NCBI GenBank assembly: GCA_015665415.1
Contig: JADFAE010000012.1
Location: forward strand, 56,584 to 120,583
Source of the DNA: Roseobacter sp.
Lineage (GTDB): Bacteria > Pseudomonadota > Alphaproteobacteria > Rhodobacterales > Rhodobacteraceae
Direction of reading: 5' to 3'
DNA: 64,000 bases
The notes beneath the pieces were generated by a model that saw nothing but the letters and a program-made list of their open reading frames with translations, did not search any database and had not been told where the DNA came from. This document shows positions 29,082 to 39,994 of this stretch, one piece after another. The position numbers were made by a program, and so were the translations under genes. Within the stretch, counting starts at the first letter, position 1. Each line of letters begins with the position of its first letter.

Positions 29082-29657
29082 ATGAGCAGCAAATCTTTTG
29101 ACCGCATGTCACGTCGCGGGTTCACCCTTAGCCTTTTGGCTGGCGCAGGTTTCACCGCCGCCTGTGGCAATGGCATTGGCACCAACAACAGCGCCACAAT
29201 CGACGCCCGCGTCGATGCCACCTTGAACCAGATGTACAATCTCTACCCCAACACCATGACCTTGGCAGAAAAGTCGACCGGCATGCTGGTGATGCCACTG
29301 GTGACCGAGGCCGGCTTTTTGGTCGGGGGGGCCTATGGTCGCGGTGCCCTGCGCATCAATGGCGCAACCGTGGACTATTACTCCACCGTGAAAGGCAATG
29401 CCGGCTTTCAAATTGGCGCGCAGCAATATGCCCATGTGCTGTTCTTCATGACCCAGGACGCGCTGGCGGGATTCCGCCGGTCCTCGGGATGGGCCGCAGG
29501 GGCCGATCTGGAATATGTGATCCGCGACGAGGGCAATTCGCTGACCGCTGACACCAATACCCTGACCTCGCCCATTCTTGCGGCGGTCTTTGGCCAGGCT
29601 GGGCTGCGTTTTGGGGCCACATTGGAAGGCACCAAATACACCCGCATCATCCCCTGA
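29082..29657 (+). CDS. YSC84/SYLF-related lipoprotein with Tat-like signal
   Basis: SRRGF twin-Arg, lipobox TAAC, GFLVGGAYGRG, GFQIGAQ. Confidence 0.8.
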   Translation: MSSKSFDRMSRRGFTLSLLAGAGFTAACGNGIGTNNSATIDARVDATLNQMYNLYPNTMTLAEKSTGMLVMPLVTEAGFLVGGAYGRGALRINGATVDYYSTVKGNAGFQIGAQQYAHVLFFMTQDALAGFRRSSGWAAGADLEYVIRDEGNSLTADTNTLTSPILAAVFGQAGLRFGATLEGTKYTRIIP

Positions 29658-29700
29658 TACGGTCTGACCTTAGGCGAATAACAGTTAGTATTGCAAAGAT

Positions 29701-29740
29701 GAAAACCCGGCGTAGAGCTATCTCTGCGCCGGGTTTCTAT
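29701..29740. terminator. Hairpin terminator between convergent genes
   Basis: AAACCCGGCGTAGAG-CTAT-CTCTGCGCCGGGTTT. Confidence 0.8.
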
Positions 29741-29754
29741 TTAAGTTTAAAGGC

Positions 29755-30627
29755 TTAACCCTGTTCCTTGAGGCGCTTGAACAAAGAGGACGTATCCCAG
29801 CGACCACCCCCCAGCTTTTGGACATCCTTGTAAAACTGATCCACCAAAGCAGTGACCGGCAGGCTGGCCCCGGTGTCATTGGCCGCATCCAGACAAATGC
29901 CCAGATCCTTGCGCATCCAATCCACCGCAAACCCGTGCTCGAAGTGATCGTCCAGCATGGTTTCATAGCGATTGGCCATTTGCCAACTGCCGGCGGCCCC
30001 CTGGCTGATCACCTCGACCACGGCGCGCCCATCGAGCCCGGCCTTATCGGCAAAATGCAAGGCTTCGCTCAGCCCCTGCACCAGGCCCGCAATGGCGATT
30101 TGATTGCACATCTTGGTCATCTGTCCCGCGCCACTGTCGCCGATGCGGCGACAGATACGGGCATAGGCCCCGATGATTGGCTCGGCCAACTCATAGGCCG
30201 CGCTATCGCCCCCACACATCACCGAAAGAACACCGTTTTCAGCGCCGGCCTGGCCGCCGGAAATTGGCGCATCAACAAAGGCAATACCGCCCGCTTTGGC
30301 CGCAGCATATAGTTCGGCGGTGACCTTGGCCGAAACGGTGGTATGATCGACAAAAACACTGCCCCCAGCCATGCCGGCAAAGGCTCCGTCTTCGCCTTGG
30401 CAAACAGAGCGCAGGTCCTCATCATTCCCGACACAGGACATCACAAAATCTGCGCCGGCAACTGCCTCGCGCGGGGTTGCCGCAAAAGATCCCTTATGCG
30501 CCTTGGCCCAGGCTTCTGCCTTGGCTGTCGTGCGATTGTAGACACAGACCTCATGTCCGGAGGCCACCAAATGCCCTGCCATCGGATAGCCCATGACGCC
30601 CAATCCCAGAAACGCTATTTTTGCCAT
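29755..30627 (-). CDS. NAD(P)-dependent beta-hydroxyacid dehydrogenase (3-hydroxyisobutyrate DH family)
   Basis: FLGLGVMGYPMA, DAPISGG, KMCNQ, F....MRKDL. Confidence 0.92.
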   Translation of the reverse strand: MAKIAFLGLGVMGYPMAGHLVASGHEVCVYNRTTAKAEAWAKAHKGSFAATPREAVAGADFVMSCVGNDEDLRSVCQGEDGAFAGMAGGSVFVDHTTVSAKVTAELYAAAKAGGIAFVDAPISGGQAGAENGVLSVMCGGDSAAYELAEPIIGAYARICRRIGDSGAGQMTKMCNQIAIAGLVQGLSEALHFADKAGLDGRAVVEVISQGAAGSWQMANRYETMLDDHFEHGFAVDWMRKDLGICLDAANDTGASLPVTALVDQFYKDVQKLGGGRWDTSSLFKRLKEQG

Positions 30628-30741
30628 CTGCTTTTCCCCTGTTCTCAACTGGCTTATGTTGGCGCCACCCTAACACCGGACCGGCGAGGTGCAATCGCAC
30701 GACAGACGCCATGGCCATAAAACACAGGAAACCGCCCGTCC

Positions 30742-33216
30742 ATGGCACGTCTTTTTCACTGGCTCCTGCGGCTTGCCGCCGCTCTGATTCTCCTGTCGCT
30801 GGTTGTCGGCATGCTTGCCTATTATCTGGCCTCGCAATCGCTGCCGAATTATGAAAAGGACATCAGCCTGCCGGGGCTCTCGGCACCTGTCGAGATCGTG
30901 CGTGACAATGCCAATGTGCCGCATATCTTTGGCAGCTTCGGGGCCAGTGACGAAGACGTCTATTTTGGCCTTGGTTATGCCCATGCCCAGGATCGGCTGT
31001 GGCAGATGGCTGTCATGCGACGGACTGCACAGGGTCGGCTGTCAGAGGTATTTGGCACTCGCAGCGTTGAATCGGATGTATTGGTGCGACGTCTGGATCT
31101 CTACCGTTTGGCGCAGCAATCTGTGCCGGCACAATCCCCGGAAACACTGCAGGCGTTGACCGCCTATTCTGCCGGAGTGAATGCACGCATTCTAGAAATC
31201 AACGAGGAGGCACTGGGGCGCGGGGCACCCGAGATGTTCCTGTTCAATATGCCCATGGCCCCCTGGCAGCCCGCCGACAGTATCGCCCTGATGAAACTCA
31301 TGGCGCTGAAATCCTCTGGTCATCTGCAAGAGGAAGTGCTGCGGGCCCGTACCTCATTGGCCCTGGAAGATCCCAAGCGCCTGCAGGACATCCTGCCCGA
31401 TGCCCCCGGAAAAGGCACCGCAGCCTTGCCGGAATATGCCAGCCTATTTTCCGATCTGCCCCGCTATGCCGACGTCACCTCCCTGCCCTCGGACGCCCTG
31501 TTTCCGGTGGCCCCGCGTGGATTTGGTGGCGCGTCCAATGCCTGGGCCGCATCTGCTAACCGCTCTGCTGCCGGCGGCACACTGCTGGCCAATGACCCGC
31601 ACCTGAGCCTGTCCGCGCCTGGCAGTTGGTATCTGGCCCGCATGGAGCTGGCCACCGGCGGTATCATCGGCGGTACCATCCCCGGTATTCCCGCCGTTCT
31701 GACCGGACGCTCCGAGACTTTGGGCTGGGGTATTACCTCTTCCTATCTGGACGATCAGGATCTGTTCATCGAGAAGCTCAATCCCGACAATCCCGAAGAA
31801 TACTTGAGCCCGACGGGCTACAAGGAATTCACCAGCCGTCCTTCGATCATCAAGATCAAGGATGCGCCTCCCGTCACTCTGACCCTGCGTTGGAGCGAAA
31901 ATGGCCCGATCCTGCCCGGCTCTCTGTTTGGGCTTTCAGCCATCACCCCGCCGGGGCATGTGGTCAGCCTTGGCTGGACCGCGTTGGACCCGCAGGACAG
32001 ATCGCTGACGGCTGCCATCGCCCTGATGCGCAGCGCAGATGTGCATCAGGCCACGGCCGCGGCCGCGGATTTTGTGGCCCCCTCGCAGAACCTGGTGCTG
32101 GCGGATCGTGAAACCATTGCCCAGAAAACGATTGGGGCCTTTCCGGCGCGGGATGCGCGGCACCAAAGTCGGGGCCGGTTGCCCAGCCAGGGCTGGCTGC
32201 GCCAGAACCGCTGGCTGGGGCGTGCGCCCTATGCGGCCAATCCCGAATTCATCAGCCCCCGTGGCGGCATCCTTGGCAATACCAACAACAAACTCCTGGA
32301 GCGGCCCTTTCCCAATCATGTCTCCTATATCTGGGGGGATACCCAGCGGGTCAATCGCTGGCGTCGCCTGATGCAAAGCCGCGAAGTTCACACTCGTGAC
32401 AGTTTCATCGAGGCCCAGCTTGATACGGTCTCCTATACCGCGCGGTCCTTGTTGCCGCTTATTGGCGCCGATCTTTGGTTCACCGGGGCCGCCGCCGAAG
32501 ACGGAAGCCGTGAGCGGCAGCGCCAGATCGCCCTTTCGCTGCTGTCGGAATGGAATGGCGAGATGAACGAGCATTTGCCGGAACCCCTGATCTATGCCGC
32601 CTGGCTGCGTGCCTTGCAGGCCCGGCTGATCAACGATGATCTGGGACCACTGGCGACGGATTTCAATCAAGTCGATCCGCTGTTCATCGAGCGGGTCTAC
32701 CGCGATGTCGAAAGTGCTTCCAGCTGGTGTGATGTGCGTCAAAGCGCGCCGCGCGAAAGCTGCACCGATATGGCCCGACTGGCGCTGGATGACGCCCTGA
32801 TCTGGATTGAAGAACGCTATGGTCCGGCCCTGGAATCCCTGCGCTGGGGGGATGCCCATCAGGCCACCCATGATCATGAGACCCTGGGGCGGGTGCCGCT
32901 GTTGCGGTTCTTTGTCAATATTCGCCAATCCACCAGCGGCGGCGACAATACCCTGCAACGGGGCCTGACCTCCGGCCGGGATCCGGCTCCTTTTCAAAAC
33001 ATCCATGCAGCCGGCTATCGCGGGGTCTATGATTTCGCCGATCCAGACAGCTCCCTGTTCATCCTCGCCACCGGCCAATCGGGACATTTCCTGTCACGCT
33101 TTTATGACGATATGGCCCAGCTTTGGCGGCGGGGCGAATATCTGCCCATGTCGCTGGACGAAGAGCTGGCCCGGGCGGCGGCTGTTGGGGTGACCAAGAT
33201 CACGCCAAGACACTAA
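30742..33216 (+). CDS. Penicillin acylase family Ntn-hydrolase (membrane anchored)
   Basis: VRDNANVPHI, GYAHAQDRLWQM, GASNAW (catalytic Ser), LANDPHL, GQSGH. Confidence 0.92.
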   Translation: MARLFHWLLRLAAALILLSLVVGMLAYYLASQSLPNYEKDISLPGLSAPVEIVRDNANVPHIFGSFGASDEDVYFGLGYAHAQDRLWQMAVMRRTAQGRLSEVFGTRSVESDVLVRRLDLYRLAQQSVPAQSPETLQALTAYSAGVNARILEINEEALGRGAPEMFLFNMPMAPWQPADSIALMKLMALKSSGHLQEEVLRARTSLALEDPKRLQDILPDAPGKGTAALPEYASLFSDLPRYADVTSLPSDALFPVAPRGFGGASNAWAASANRSAAGGTLLANDPHLSLSAPGSWYLARMELATGGIIGGTIPGIPAVLTGRSETLGWGITSSYLDDQDLFIEKLNPDNPEEYLSPTGYKEFTSRPSIIKIKDAPPVTLTLRWSENGPILPGSLFGLSAITPPGHVVSLGWTALDPQDRSLTAAIALMRSADVHQATAAAADFVAPSQNLVLADRETIAQKTIGAFPARDARHQSRGRLPSQGWLRQNRWLGRAPYAANPEFISPRGGILGNTNNKLLERPFPNHVSYIWGDTQRVNRWRRLMQSREVHTRDSFIEAQLDTVSYTARSLLPLIGADLWFTGAAAEDGSRERQRQIALSLLSEWNGEMNEHLPEPLIYAAWLRALQARLINDDLGPLATDFNQVDPLFIERVYRDVESASSWCDVRQSAPRESCTDMARLALDDALIWIEERYGPALESLRWGDAHQATHDHETLGRVPLLRFFVNIRQSTSGGDNTLQRGLTSGRDPAPFQNIHAAGYRGVYDFADPDSSLFILATGQSGHFLSRFYDDMAQLWRRGEYLPMSLDEELARAAAVGVTKITPRH

Positions 33217-33256
33217 CCCGTGGAGCCCACCGGCCCCGAGCAGACAAGACACAAAG

Positions 33257-33292
33257 AAAAACAGCGCGTGGATCGTACCACGCGCTGTTTTT
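33257..33292. terminator. Bidirectional terminator between the acylase and hflX
   Basis: Perfect 15-bp stem AAAAACAGCGCGTGG / CCACGCGCTGTTTTT. Confidence 0.9.
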
Positions 33293-33315
33293 ATGACTAG
33301 GCTGAGGCCCTGGCA

Positions 33316-34590
33316 TCAGAGTTTGTTGAACTGCGCCTTTTGTTTGTCAGTCCAACGCACAGTCAAGGCAAAGCCATCCTCGACCTGTTCTTCGCTCATC
33401 ACCACATCCTGCTGGAACAGCCAGGCGCGCTGCTTGCCCTGGGCGAAAGAGAGCGTAAAGTCCTCCAGGTGGCGAACCCCTTGAAGTTTCAGCGCAACAT
33501 CTTCCAGAAGGGCATCGATGCCTTCGCCGGTCAAAGAGGAGATCGCATGGATACCCTCCTCGCGTGACGCCCGGTCCCGCCGCGCTTGGGCGACATCCTC
33601 GGGCAGCAGATCCAGTTTGTTCCACACCTCGATCTGGGCGCGGTTTTCATCCACCCCAAGTGAGGTCAGAATGGCCGCCACATCATTGGCTTGGTTCTGG
33701 CTTTCCTCATGGCTGATGTCCCGCACATGCAGGATCACATCCGCCGCCAGCACCTCTTCCAGGGTGGCGCGAAAGGCGGCTACCAGTTCGGTCGGCAGAT
33801 CAGAGATAAATCCCACTGTGTCGGACAGGATGATTTCGGGCCCATCCGGGATCTCGACCCGGCGCATGGTTGGATCCAGCGTGGCAAAGAGCATATCCTT
33901 TGCCATGACCTCTGCCCCGGTCAGACGGTTGAACAGCGTCGATTTGCCGGCATTGGTATAACCAACAAGGGCAACAATGGGATAGGGGATCTTGGCCCGC
34001 GCCTCGCGGTGCAGGGTTCGGGTCTTGACCACCTTGGCCAGTTGCCGCCGCAGGTTGACCAGCTGGTCGTCAATGGCACGTCTGTCCGCCTCGATCTGGG
34101 TTTCGCCGGGTCCGCCGACAAATCCCAAACCACCCCTTTGCCGTTCCAGGTGGGTCCAGGCGCGTACCAAACGGGTCCGCTGGTAGCTGAGTGCGGCCAT
34201 CTCGACTTGCAGCACCCCTTCCCGGGTGCGTGCACGATCCGAAAAGATCTCGAGGATCAGGCCGGTGCGGTCCAGAATTTTGACCTTCCAGGCCTTTTCC
34301 AGATTGCGTTGTTGTACGGGGGAAACCGGACCATCAATCAGTACCAGATCGACCTCTTCGCCGTGCAGAACGGCTTTGAGTTCCTCGATCTTGCCAGAGC
34401 CGAACAACATCCCCGCGTGGGCCTTTGGCAGGCGCACAACAGTGGAGCCGATCACGTCAAGATCGGGCAAGGCTTCGGCCAGGGCAACACCTTCAGCCAA
34501 AGCAGGTTCGGCAGGGCGGCGACCCTGATCTGATTTAATGTCCGGATGTAGCACCCACGCGCGGGTGCGGATCCTGTCGTGCTCCATCAA
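33316..34590 (-). CDS. hflX: GTPase HflX
   Basis: [34 protein letters not shown]. Confidence 0.97.
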   Translation of the reverse strand: MMEHDRIRTRAWVLHPDIKSDQGRRPAEPALAEGVALAEALPDLDVIGSTVVRLPKAHAGMLFGSGKIEELKAVLHGEEVDLVLIDGPVSPVQQRNLEKAWKVKILDRTGLILEIFSDRARTREGVLQVEMAALSYQRTRLVRAWTHLERQRGGLGFVGGPGETQIEADRRAIDDQLVNLRRQLAKVVKTRTLHREARAKIPYPIVALVGYTNAGKSTLFNRLTGAEVMAKDMLFATLDPTMRRVEIPDGPEIILSDTVGFISDLPTELVAAFRATLEEVLAADVILHVRDISHEESQNQANDVAAILTSLGVDENRAQIEVWNKLDLLPEDVAQARRDRASREEGIHAISSLTGEGIDALLEDVALKLQGVRHLEDFTLSFAQGKQRAWLFQQDVVMSEEQVEDGFALTVRWTDKQKAQFNKL

Positions 34591-34826
34591 GAGGCGTCTT
34601 CACCCTCATAAAGGCTGATCGGCTGGGCCGGCATGATGGTGGAAATCGCGTGTTTATAGACCAGTTGTGACTGACCATCGCGACGCAAAAGCACACAGAA
34701 ATTGTCAAACCAGGTGATAACACCCTGCAGTTTGACCCCATTGATCAGGAAAATTGTTACTGGAACCTTGGTTTTGCGAACGTGATTGAGGAAGGCATCC
34801 TGCAAATTCTGTCTGTCCGAAGCCAT
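34587..34826 (-). CDS. hfq: RNA chaperone Hfq
   Basis: [26 protein letters not shown]. Confidence 0.98.
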   Translation of the reverse strand: MASDRQNLQDAFLNHVRKTKVPVTIFLINGVKLQGVITWFDNFCVLLRRDGQSQLVYKHAISTIMPAQPISLYEGEDAS

Positions 34827-34959
34827 ATTATTATCTCTCGCCTTTGTTCTTGCAGCGCATTGCGGACCAATACGCCTAATTGTTTACGAGTATGGACGCA
34901 GATTTAAGCAGTTTCCAGCCGAAAAGCGCCCCATATTCATCGAGGTTAGTCGCCTTTGA

Positions 34960-36495
34960 CTAGCTGCGCCAGAGATTTGGCGACAAAAGCGCGATTATCG
35001 CCAGGGTCTCCAGCCGCCCCAATACCATGGCAAAACACAAGATCACCTTGGCCGCAGGCTCAAGCGTTGTCAGCACGATCGGCGCGTCGCCGGCAATATC
35101 GATCAGCGGCCCGGTGGTCGACAAAGTGGAAATGGTCAGGATCAGAGCCTGCTCAAAATCACTCCCTACGGCGGAAAGCGCAATGCTGATAAGGGCCAAA
35201 GACAGCGCAAATAGCATAAAGAACACCCAGGCGACAAAGGCACCATTGCGCTGTATCCGCTTGTTTCCACTTCCTTCTCCACTCACGGAGGACGGATGCA
35301 CCAGGCGTTCCATCTCACGCATACCGTTGAGATAAAGCGCGTAGACCCGCAACAGTTTCACTCCACCCGCCGTGGTGGCAACACCGCCCCCGATCACCGA
35401 CAGCCCCAGCAGGATCATCCCCGGCGTCTGCAGTCCAGACCATTCCTGGGTCGCCTCCCAATGGGCGCTTTCAAACCCGGTGGTAGACAGGAAAGACATC
35501 ACCGTGAACAGCGCCCCCCAAAGTGATTTGAGCGCCTGTTGCACATCTTCCGGCCCGCCGAGCTCAAATGCCGCCAACCAATGCCGCAGGAACAAAAGCA
35601 CAGGCATGGCCAGGATGATCAGTAACCCAGTTCGGAATTCTGGATCCTTGTCCAAGCCAGCCGAGCCGATGGTCACCGTATCATGGGAAAAAGTCAGCCG
35701 GGACAGGGCAAAGAACATGAAGAGAAACATCACCATCTCGCCCGCAATGCCGCTGGCGGCATTTTCAACCCCACCCACTGCCGAGATCCCCGAGGTCGAA
35801 AGCACCGACATCGCGTGACCAATTGCCACAAGTGGGGTGTCGCCAGTGATCATCAACAGAACCCATAACATCAAGGTCAGGCCGGCATAGACCGGGGTCA
35901 GGATGCGGGCGACTTCGATCAGGCGGCGCTTGGGGTCGGCCTCTTGCATATGAGAGGGCACTAGGCTGCCGCCGCCGGGCTCGCCACGGGCGGTGACCTC
36001 AAATCCGCCAAGCGACAGCGGCGCCAACACGGCCGAGGCCGAAATCCACATCAGCAATCCGCCCAGCCAGGCCACCATGGCGCGCCAAAGATGCATGCTG
36101 GGCGGCAGCCGGTCCGGGTCGGGATAGATATCGGCGCCGGTGGTGGTGATGGCACTGACCATATCAAAATAGGCATTGAGAAAGGTTGTGTTCCCCAGCC
36201 CTTCTTGAACCGGCAGAGCCAGGAACAAGGGCAGGATCACAAAGGTTGCAAGCAGCGACAACAGCTGGCCAGGCATCCCATAGCGCGGCACCCGGTGCCC
36301 CAGCGAAAGCCCTACCAGAGCGATCAGAAACAACCCCAGAACCCCGGTGTAAAAAAAGGCACGCGAGGTCTCGTGATCGTTCAGAACCAGCGCATGCACC
36401 GCCGGGATCCACATCGCCAGAGAAGCAATGCTCCAGATCAGCAGAAACAGCGGCAATCGCAACAATCCGTTGGATGTCTTGGTGCGGCGCGCCAT
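34960..36495 (-). CDS. trkH: Trk potassium uptake membrane protein
   Basis: Four pore-loop repeats (SAITTTG, STSG, STTG, STTG); GGGVATTAGGVK; GRLE. Confidence 0.9.
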   Translation of the reverse strand: MARRTKTSNGLLRLPLFLLIWSIASLAMWIPAVHALVLNDHETSRAFFYTGVLGLFLIALVGLSLGHRVPRYGMPGQLLSLLATFVILPLFLALPVQEGLGNTTFLNAYFDMVSAITTTGADIYPDPDRLPPSMHLWRAMVAWLGGLLMWISASAVLAPLSLGGFEVTARGEPGGGSLVPSHMQEADPKRRLIEVARILTPVYAGLTLMLWVLLMITGDTPLVAIGHAMSVLSTSGISAVGGVENAASGIAGEMVMFLFMFFALSRLTFSHDTVTIGSAGLDKDPEFRTGLLIILAMPVLLFLRHWLAAFELGGPEDVQQALKSLWGALFTVMSFLSTTGFESAHWEATQEWSGLQTPGMILLGLSVIGGGVATTAGGVKLLRVYALYLNGMREMERLVHPSSVSGEGSGNKRIQRNGAFVAWVFFMLFALSLALISIALSAVGSDFEQALILTISTLSTTGPLIDIAGDAPIVLTTLEPAAKVILCFAMVLGRLETLAIIALLSPNLWRS

Positions 36496-36496
36496 C

Positions 36497-37873
36497 CTAG
36501 AAATAGTCGATCGAGACCTGCATCAGACGTTCCACCTCGGGCACGTCGTCTGCCATGGCAAAAAGCGCGATCACATCGCCCTCTTCGATCTTCATCCCGC
36601 CGGTTGGCCGCAGCACCTCGCCGCCCTTGCGCACGGCACCCACCAGGACACCTTCGGGGAAATCAATGTCGCGAATAGCCTGACCGGCCATCGGCGAGGT
36701 TCCCATCACTTCGGCTTCGATCACCTCTGCCTCGGCATCGCCGATACTGTAGACTTGGCGCACCCGGCCATAGCGGATGTGGCGCAGGATAGAGCTGACG
36801 GTGGTGGCGCGGGGGTTGATGAAGGCATCAATTCCCAGGGGGGCCATCAGGGGCAGCAGGGTCGGATCATTGATCAGCGCGATAACAAAGGGGCAGCCCT
36901 CTGCCTTGGCCCGCACTGCCGCCAGCATGTTTGTCTTGTCATCATCGGTAACCGCCAACATCGCATCAGCACGATCGATGCCGGCCTCGATCATCAGCGC
37001 TCGGTCCAACCCGTCGCCATTTAGAACAATGGTGCGTTCCAATGCCTCGGCGGCGGTTTCAGCACATTTGCGGTTTTTCTCGATCATCTTGGAACGGATC
37101 CGGCTGGCACCGCTTTCCAGCGCCTTTGCCACTTCCAGACCGACATTGCCGCCGCCGACAATCACCACCCGATCCTGGCGTTTCTCAACCTTGCCAAAGA
37201 CTTCGATGGTGCGGTTCACGTCTTCGGCATGGGCAAAGACGTAGCAACTGTCACCTACAAACAGCTGATCCCCCGGCTCCGGCGCAAACAGGGTACCTTC
37301 GCGGCGTACACCCACCACGATGGCACGCAGGGTCGAGAACAGATCGGTCAGCTGGCGCAGAGGCGTGTTCACCACCGGGCAATCATCGTCGATCTGGATC
37401 CCCAATAGCTGCGCCTGCCCCTCCATGAAGATTTCGGTGTCAAAGGCAGCCGGAGCCGAAAGCCGCTGCATGGCGGCGGCGGCGACTTCGCGTTCAGGGC
37501 TGATCACCACGTCAATCGGCAGATGTTCGCGCCGATAGAGATCAGAATAGATCGCAGTCAAATAGCTGCGGGCGCGCAGGCGGGCAATCTTGCGCTGGAT
37601 CGAAAACACCGAATGGGCCACCTGACAGGTGACCATGTTGACCTCATCGGAATGGGTGGCCGCAATGATCATGTCTGCGTCACGCGCTCCAGCGCGCTCC
37701 AGCACATCCGGATATGAGGCAAAGCCCGCAATCCCCTGCACGTCCAGCGTATCGGTGGCACGGCGCACCAGCTCAGGATTGCTATCGACAACGGTCACAT
37801 CGTTGTGCTCTCCCGAAAGGTGACGGGCAATTTGCCAGCCAACCTGACCTGCGCCACAGATGATAACTTTCAT
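36497..37873 (-). CDS. trkA: Trk potassium transport NAD-binding subunit
   Basis: Two RCK domains (GAGQVG; GGGNVG). Confidence 0.96.
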   Translation of the reverse strand: MKVIICGAGQVGWQIARHLSGEHNDVTVVDSNPELVRRATDTLDVQGIAGFASYPDVLERAGARDADMIIAATHSDEVNMVTCQVAHSVFSIQRKIARLRARSYLTAIYSDLYRREHLPIDVVISPEREVAAAAMQRLSAPAAFDTEIFMEGQAQLLGIQIDDDCPVVNTPLRQLTDLFSTLRAIVVGVRREGTLFAPEPGDQLFVGDSCYVFAHAEDVNRTIEVFGKVEKRQDRVVIVGGGNVGLEVAKALESGASRIRSKMIEKNRKCAETAAEALERTIVLNGDGLDRALMIEAGIDRADAMLAVTDDDKTNMLAAVRAKAEGCPFVIALINDPTLLPLMAPLGIDAFINPRATTVSSILRHIRYGRVRQVYSIGDAEAEVIEAEVMGTSPMAGQAIRDIDFPEGVLVGAVRKGGEVLRPTGGMKIEEGDVIALFAMADDVPEVERLMQVSIDYF

Positions 37874-37975
37874 GCCACTGTTCCTTGGGCGTCATTCCGC
37901 CTGATTGAAATGACAGAAGCCGTTGGGGTGGTCAAATCAATTGTACCTTCGCGCCCGACAGGCCAAAATCACGGC

Positions 37976-38446
37976 ATGAGAAAACCGCATCGACTCCACC
38001 TCTTTTGCGTTGGTCTTCTGGCGCTTGCCTCCTGTGGCCCCCTGCCCGTCTACTACCGGTCTGGTGCAGATCAGACCCGGATCAACAGCGACATGCTCAT
38101 CTGTGAGGTCAAGTCGCTGAAAGAGGCCCCCGTCGCCAACCAAATTCGCCAGCGCCCACCGATTTTCTATCCCCCAGTTCAACAATGTCACGGCGGCAAT
38201 TGCTGGACCCGCCCCGGCTATTGGGTGGATGGCGGCACCTATACGGTTGATGTGAATGCGGGCCTGCGGGCGCGGCTGGAACAGAGCTGCATGGCGCAAA
38301 AAGGCTATCAGCGCTTTGAGCTGCCGCGCTGCTCAGCGGATCAGGTTGCCGCTTTGTCAGGCAAGCCTGGGTCAGGCGGGTTGAGCGAGGCCTCTTGCGC
38401 CCTGCGTCAAAAGAACGGCAGCACCATCATTCTGCCACCGCTTTGA
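37976..38446 (+). CDS. Hypothetical lipoprotein
   Basis: Lipobox LASC; Cys pairs (CEVK, CHGGNC, CMAQKGY, C..C). Confidence 0.7.
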   Translation: MRKPHRLHLFCVGLLALASCGPLPVYYRSGADQTRINSDMLICEVKSLKEAPVANQIRQRPPIFYPPVQQCHGGNCWTRPGYWVDGGTYTVDVNAGLRARLEQSCMAQKGYQRFELPRCSADQVAALSGKPGSGGLSEASCALRQKNGSTIILPPL

Positions 38447-38584
38447 TGTGCCCCCACCCTGGCTGACATCTCGGTATCAGACAGGGGGAGATGGAGGGAG
38501 TAACCGCCAAAGGCAGCAGGTCTGCCAGGCCCAAAGCCTTGCTTCAGCAAGGTCCAGAGACTCGGGCCAGCAGGGCCATAGGGC

Positions 38585-39994
38585 TCAGACCAGATCGTCT
38601 TCCTTTTCCACATGGGCAACCCGCGCGCCGGTCTTGTTCGAGGTGACCACGCCAAGGGATTTCAATTTGCGGTGCAGGGCCGAACGTTCCATGCCAACAA
38701 AGGAGGCGGTCCGGCTGATATTGCCGCCAAATCGGTTGATCTGGGTCAGCAAATACTCGCGTTCAAAGGCTTCTCGCGCTTCTCGTAGTGGCAGCGTAGC
38801 AAGCGCCCCTGACAGGACCACCCGGCCTTCCTCTTCAAGCTTTTCCTCTTCGCGTGGCAGATCCTTGGCTTCGATCGGCCCGGTGCCATCCCCAAGGATC
38901 AACACCCGTTCGATCATGTTCTTGAGCTGACGTACATTGCCGGGCCAGGCCATCGTCTGCATCAATGCAACCGCCTCTTCTGCGAGTTGGCGCAGGGGCA
39001 GGCCCTGGCTTTCGTTCAACTGGGTGATGAAATACTCCGCCAGTTGCGGAATATCCTCGCGCCGGTCTGCCAGGGACGGCACCATGATCGGCACCACGTT
39101 GAGGCGGTGATACAGCTCTTGGCGGAAACGATCCTGGGCGATCTCTGTTTCGAGATCTTTGTTGGTGGCTGAAATCACCCGCAGATCAACGCGGACCTTG
39201 TCGTTGCCGCCGACACGCTGGAACTGTTGATCAACCAACACCCGCAGGATCTTGGACTGGGTGCCAAGCGGCATATCCGCCACCTCATCAAAGAAGATCA
39301 CCCCGCCATGGGCCTGTTCCAACAATCCCGGCTCCACACCACGCTCGGCAGATTCCCGGCCAAACAGCACCTCTTCCATCCGCTCCGGCTCAATCCCGGC
39401 GCAGCTGACGGTGACAAAAGGCGCGCTGGAGCGGCCAGAGTTCAGATGGATGTAGCGGGCGGCTATTTCCTTACCGCTGCCGGCAGGTCCGCTGAGCATC
39501 ACGCGGCCATTGGATTTGGTGACCTTGTCCAATTGGCTGATGAGAGCACGGAACGCCGCCGAAGAGCCCACCATCTCGGTATTGCCGGTTTCCTTGCGGC
39601 GCAGGTCGGTGTTCTCCCGCCGCAGCTGCGAGGCTTCCATGGCACGACGGATCACCACCATCAGCTGGTCGATATTGAAGGGCTTTTCGATGAAGTCGTA
39701 GGCACCCTGCTTGATTGCAGCCACCGCGATTTCGATATTGCCGTGGCCCGAAATGATCACCACCGGCACCTCTGGATTGTCCCGTTTGACGGTTTTCAGA
39801 ATGTCGATGCCATCCATCTGACTGTCCTTGAGCCAGATGTCGAGGATCAACAAAGCGGGAGGTTCATGGTTGAGCTGCGTCATGCAGTCTTCGGAATTGC
39901 CCGCCTTGCGGGTGGCATAGCCTTCATCCTCAAGTATGTCGGAAATCAATTCGCGGATGTCACGCTCATCATCAACAATCAGAATATCACTCAT
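38585..39994 (-). CDS. ntrX: Response regulator NtrX (REC-AAA+-Fis HTH)
   Basis: [43 protein letters not shown]; downstream of ntrY. Confidence 0.95.
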   Translation of the reverse strand: MSDILIVDDERDIRELISDILEDEGYATRKAGNSEDCMTQLNHEPPALLILDIWLKDSQMDGIDILKTVKRDNPEVPVVIISGHGNIEIAVAAIKQGAYDFIEKPFNIDQLMVVIRRAMEASQLRRENTDLRRKETGNTEMVGSSAAFRALISQLDKVTKSNGRVMLSGPAGSGKEIAARYIHLNSGRSSAPFVTVSCAGIEPERMEEVLFGRESAERGVEPGLLEQAHGGVIFFDEVADMPLGTQSKILRVLVDQQFQRVGGNDKVRVDLRVISATNKDLETEIAQDRFRQELYHRLNVVPIMVPSLADRREDIPQLAEYFITQLNESQGLPLRQLAEEAVALMQTMAWPGNVRQLKNMIERVLILGDGTGPIEAKDLPREEEKLEEEGRVVLSGALATLPLREAREAFEREYLLTQINRFGGNISRTASFVGMERSALHRKLKSLGVVTSNKTGARVAHVEKEDDLV

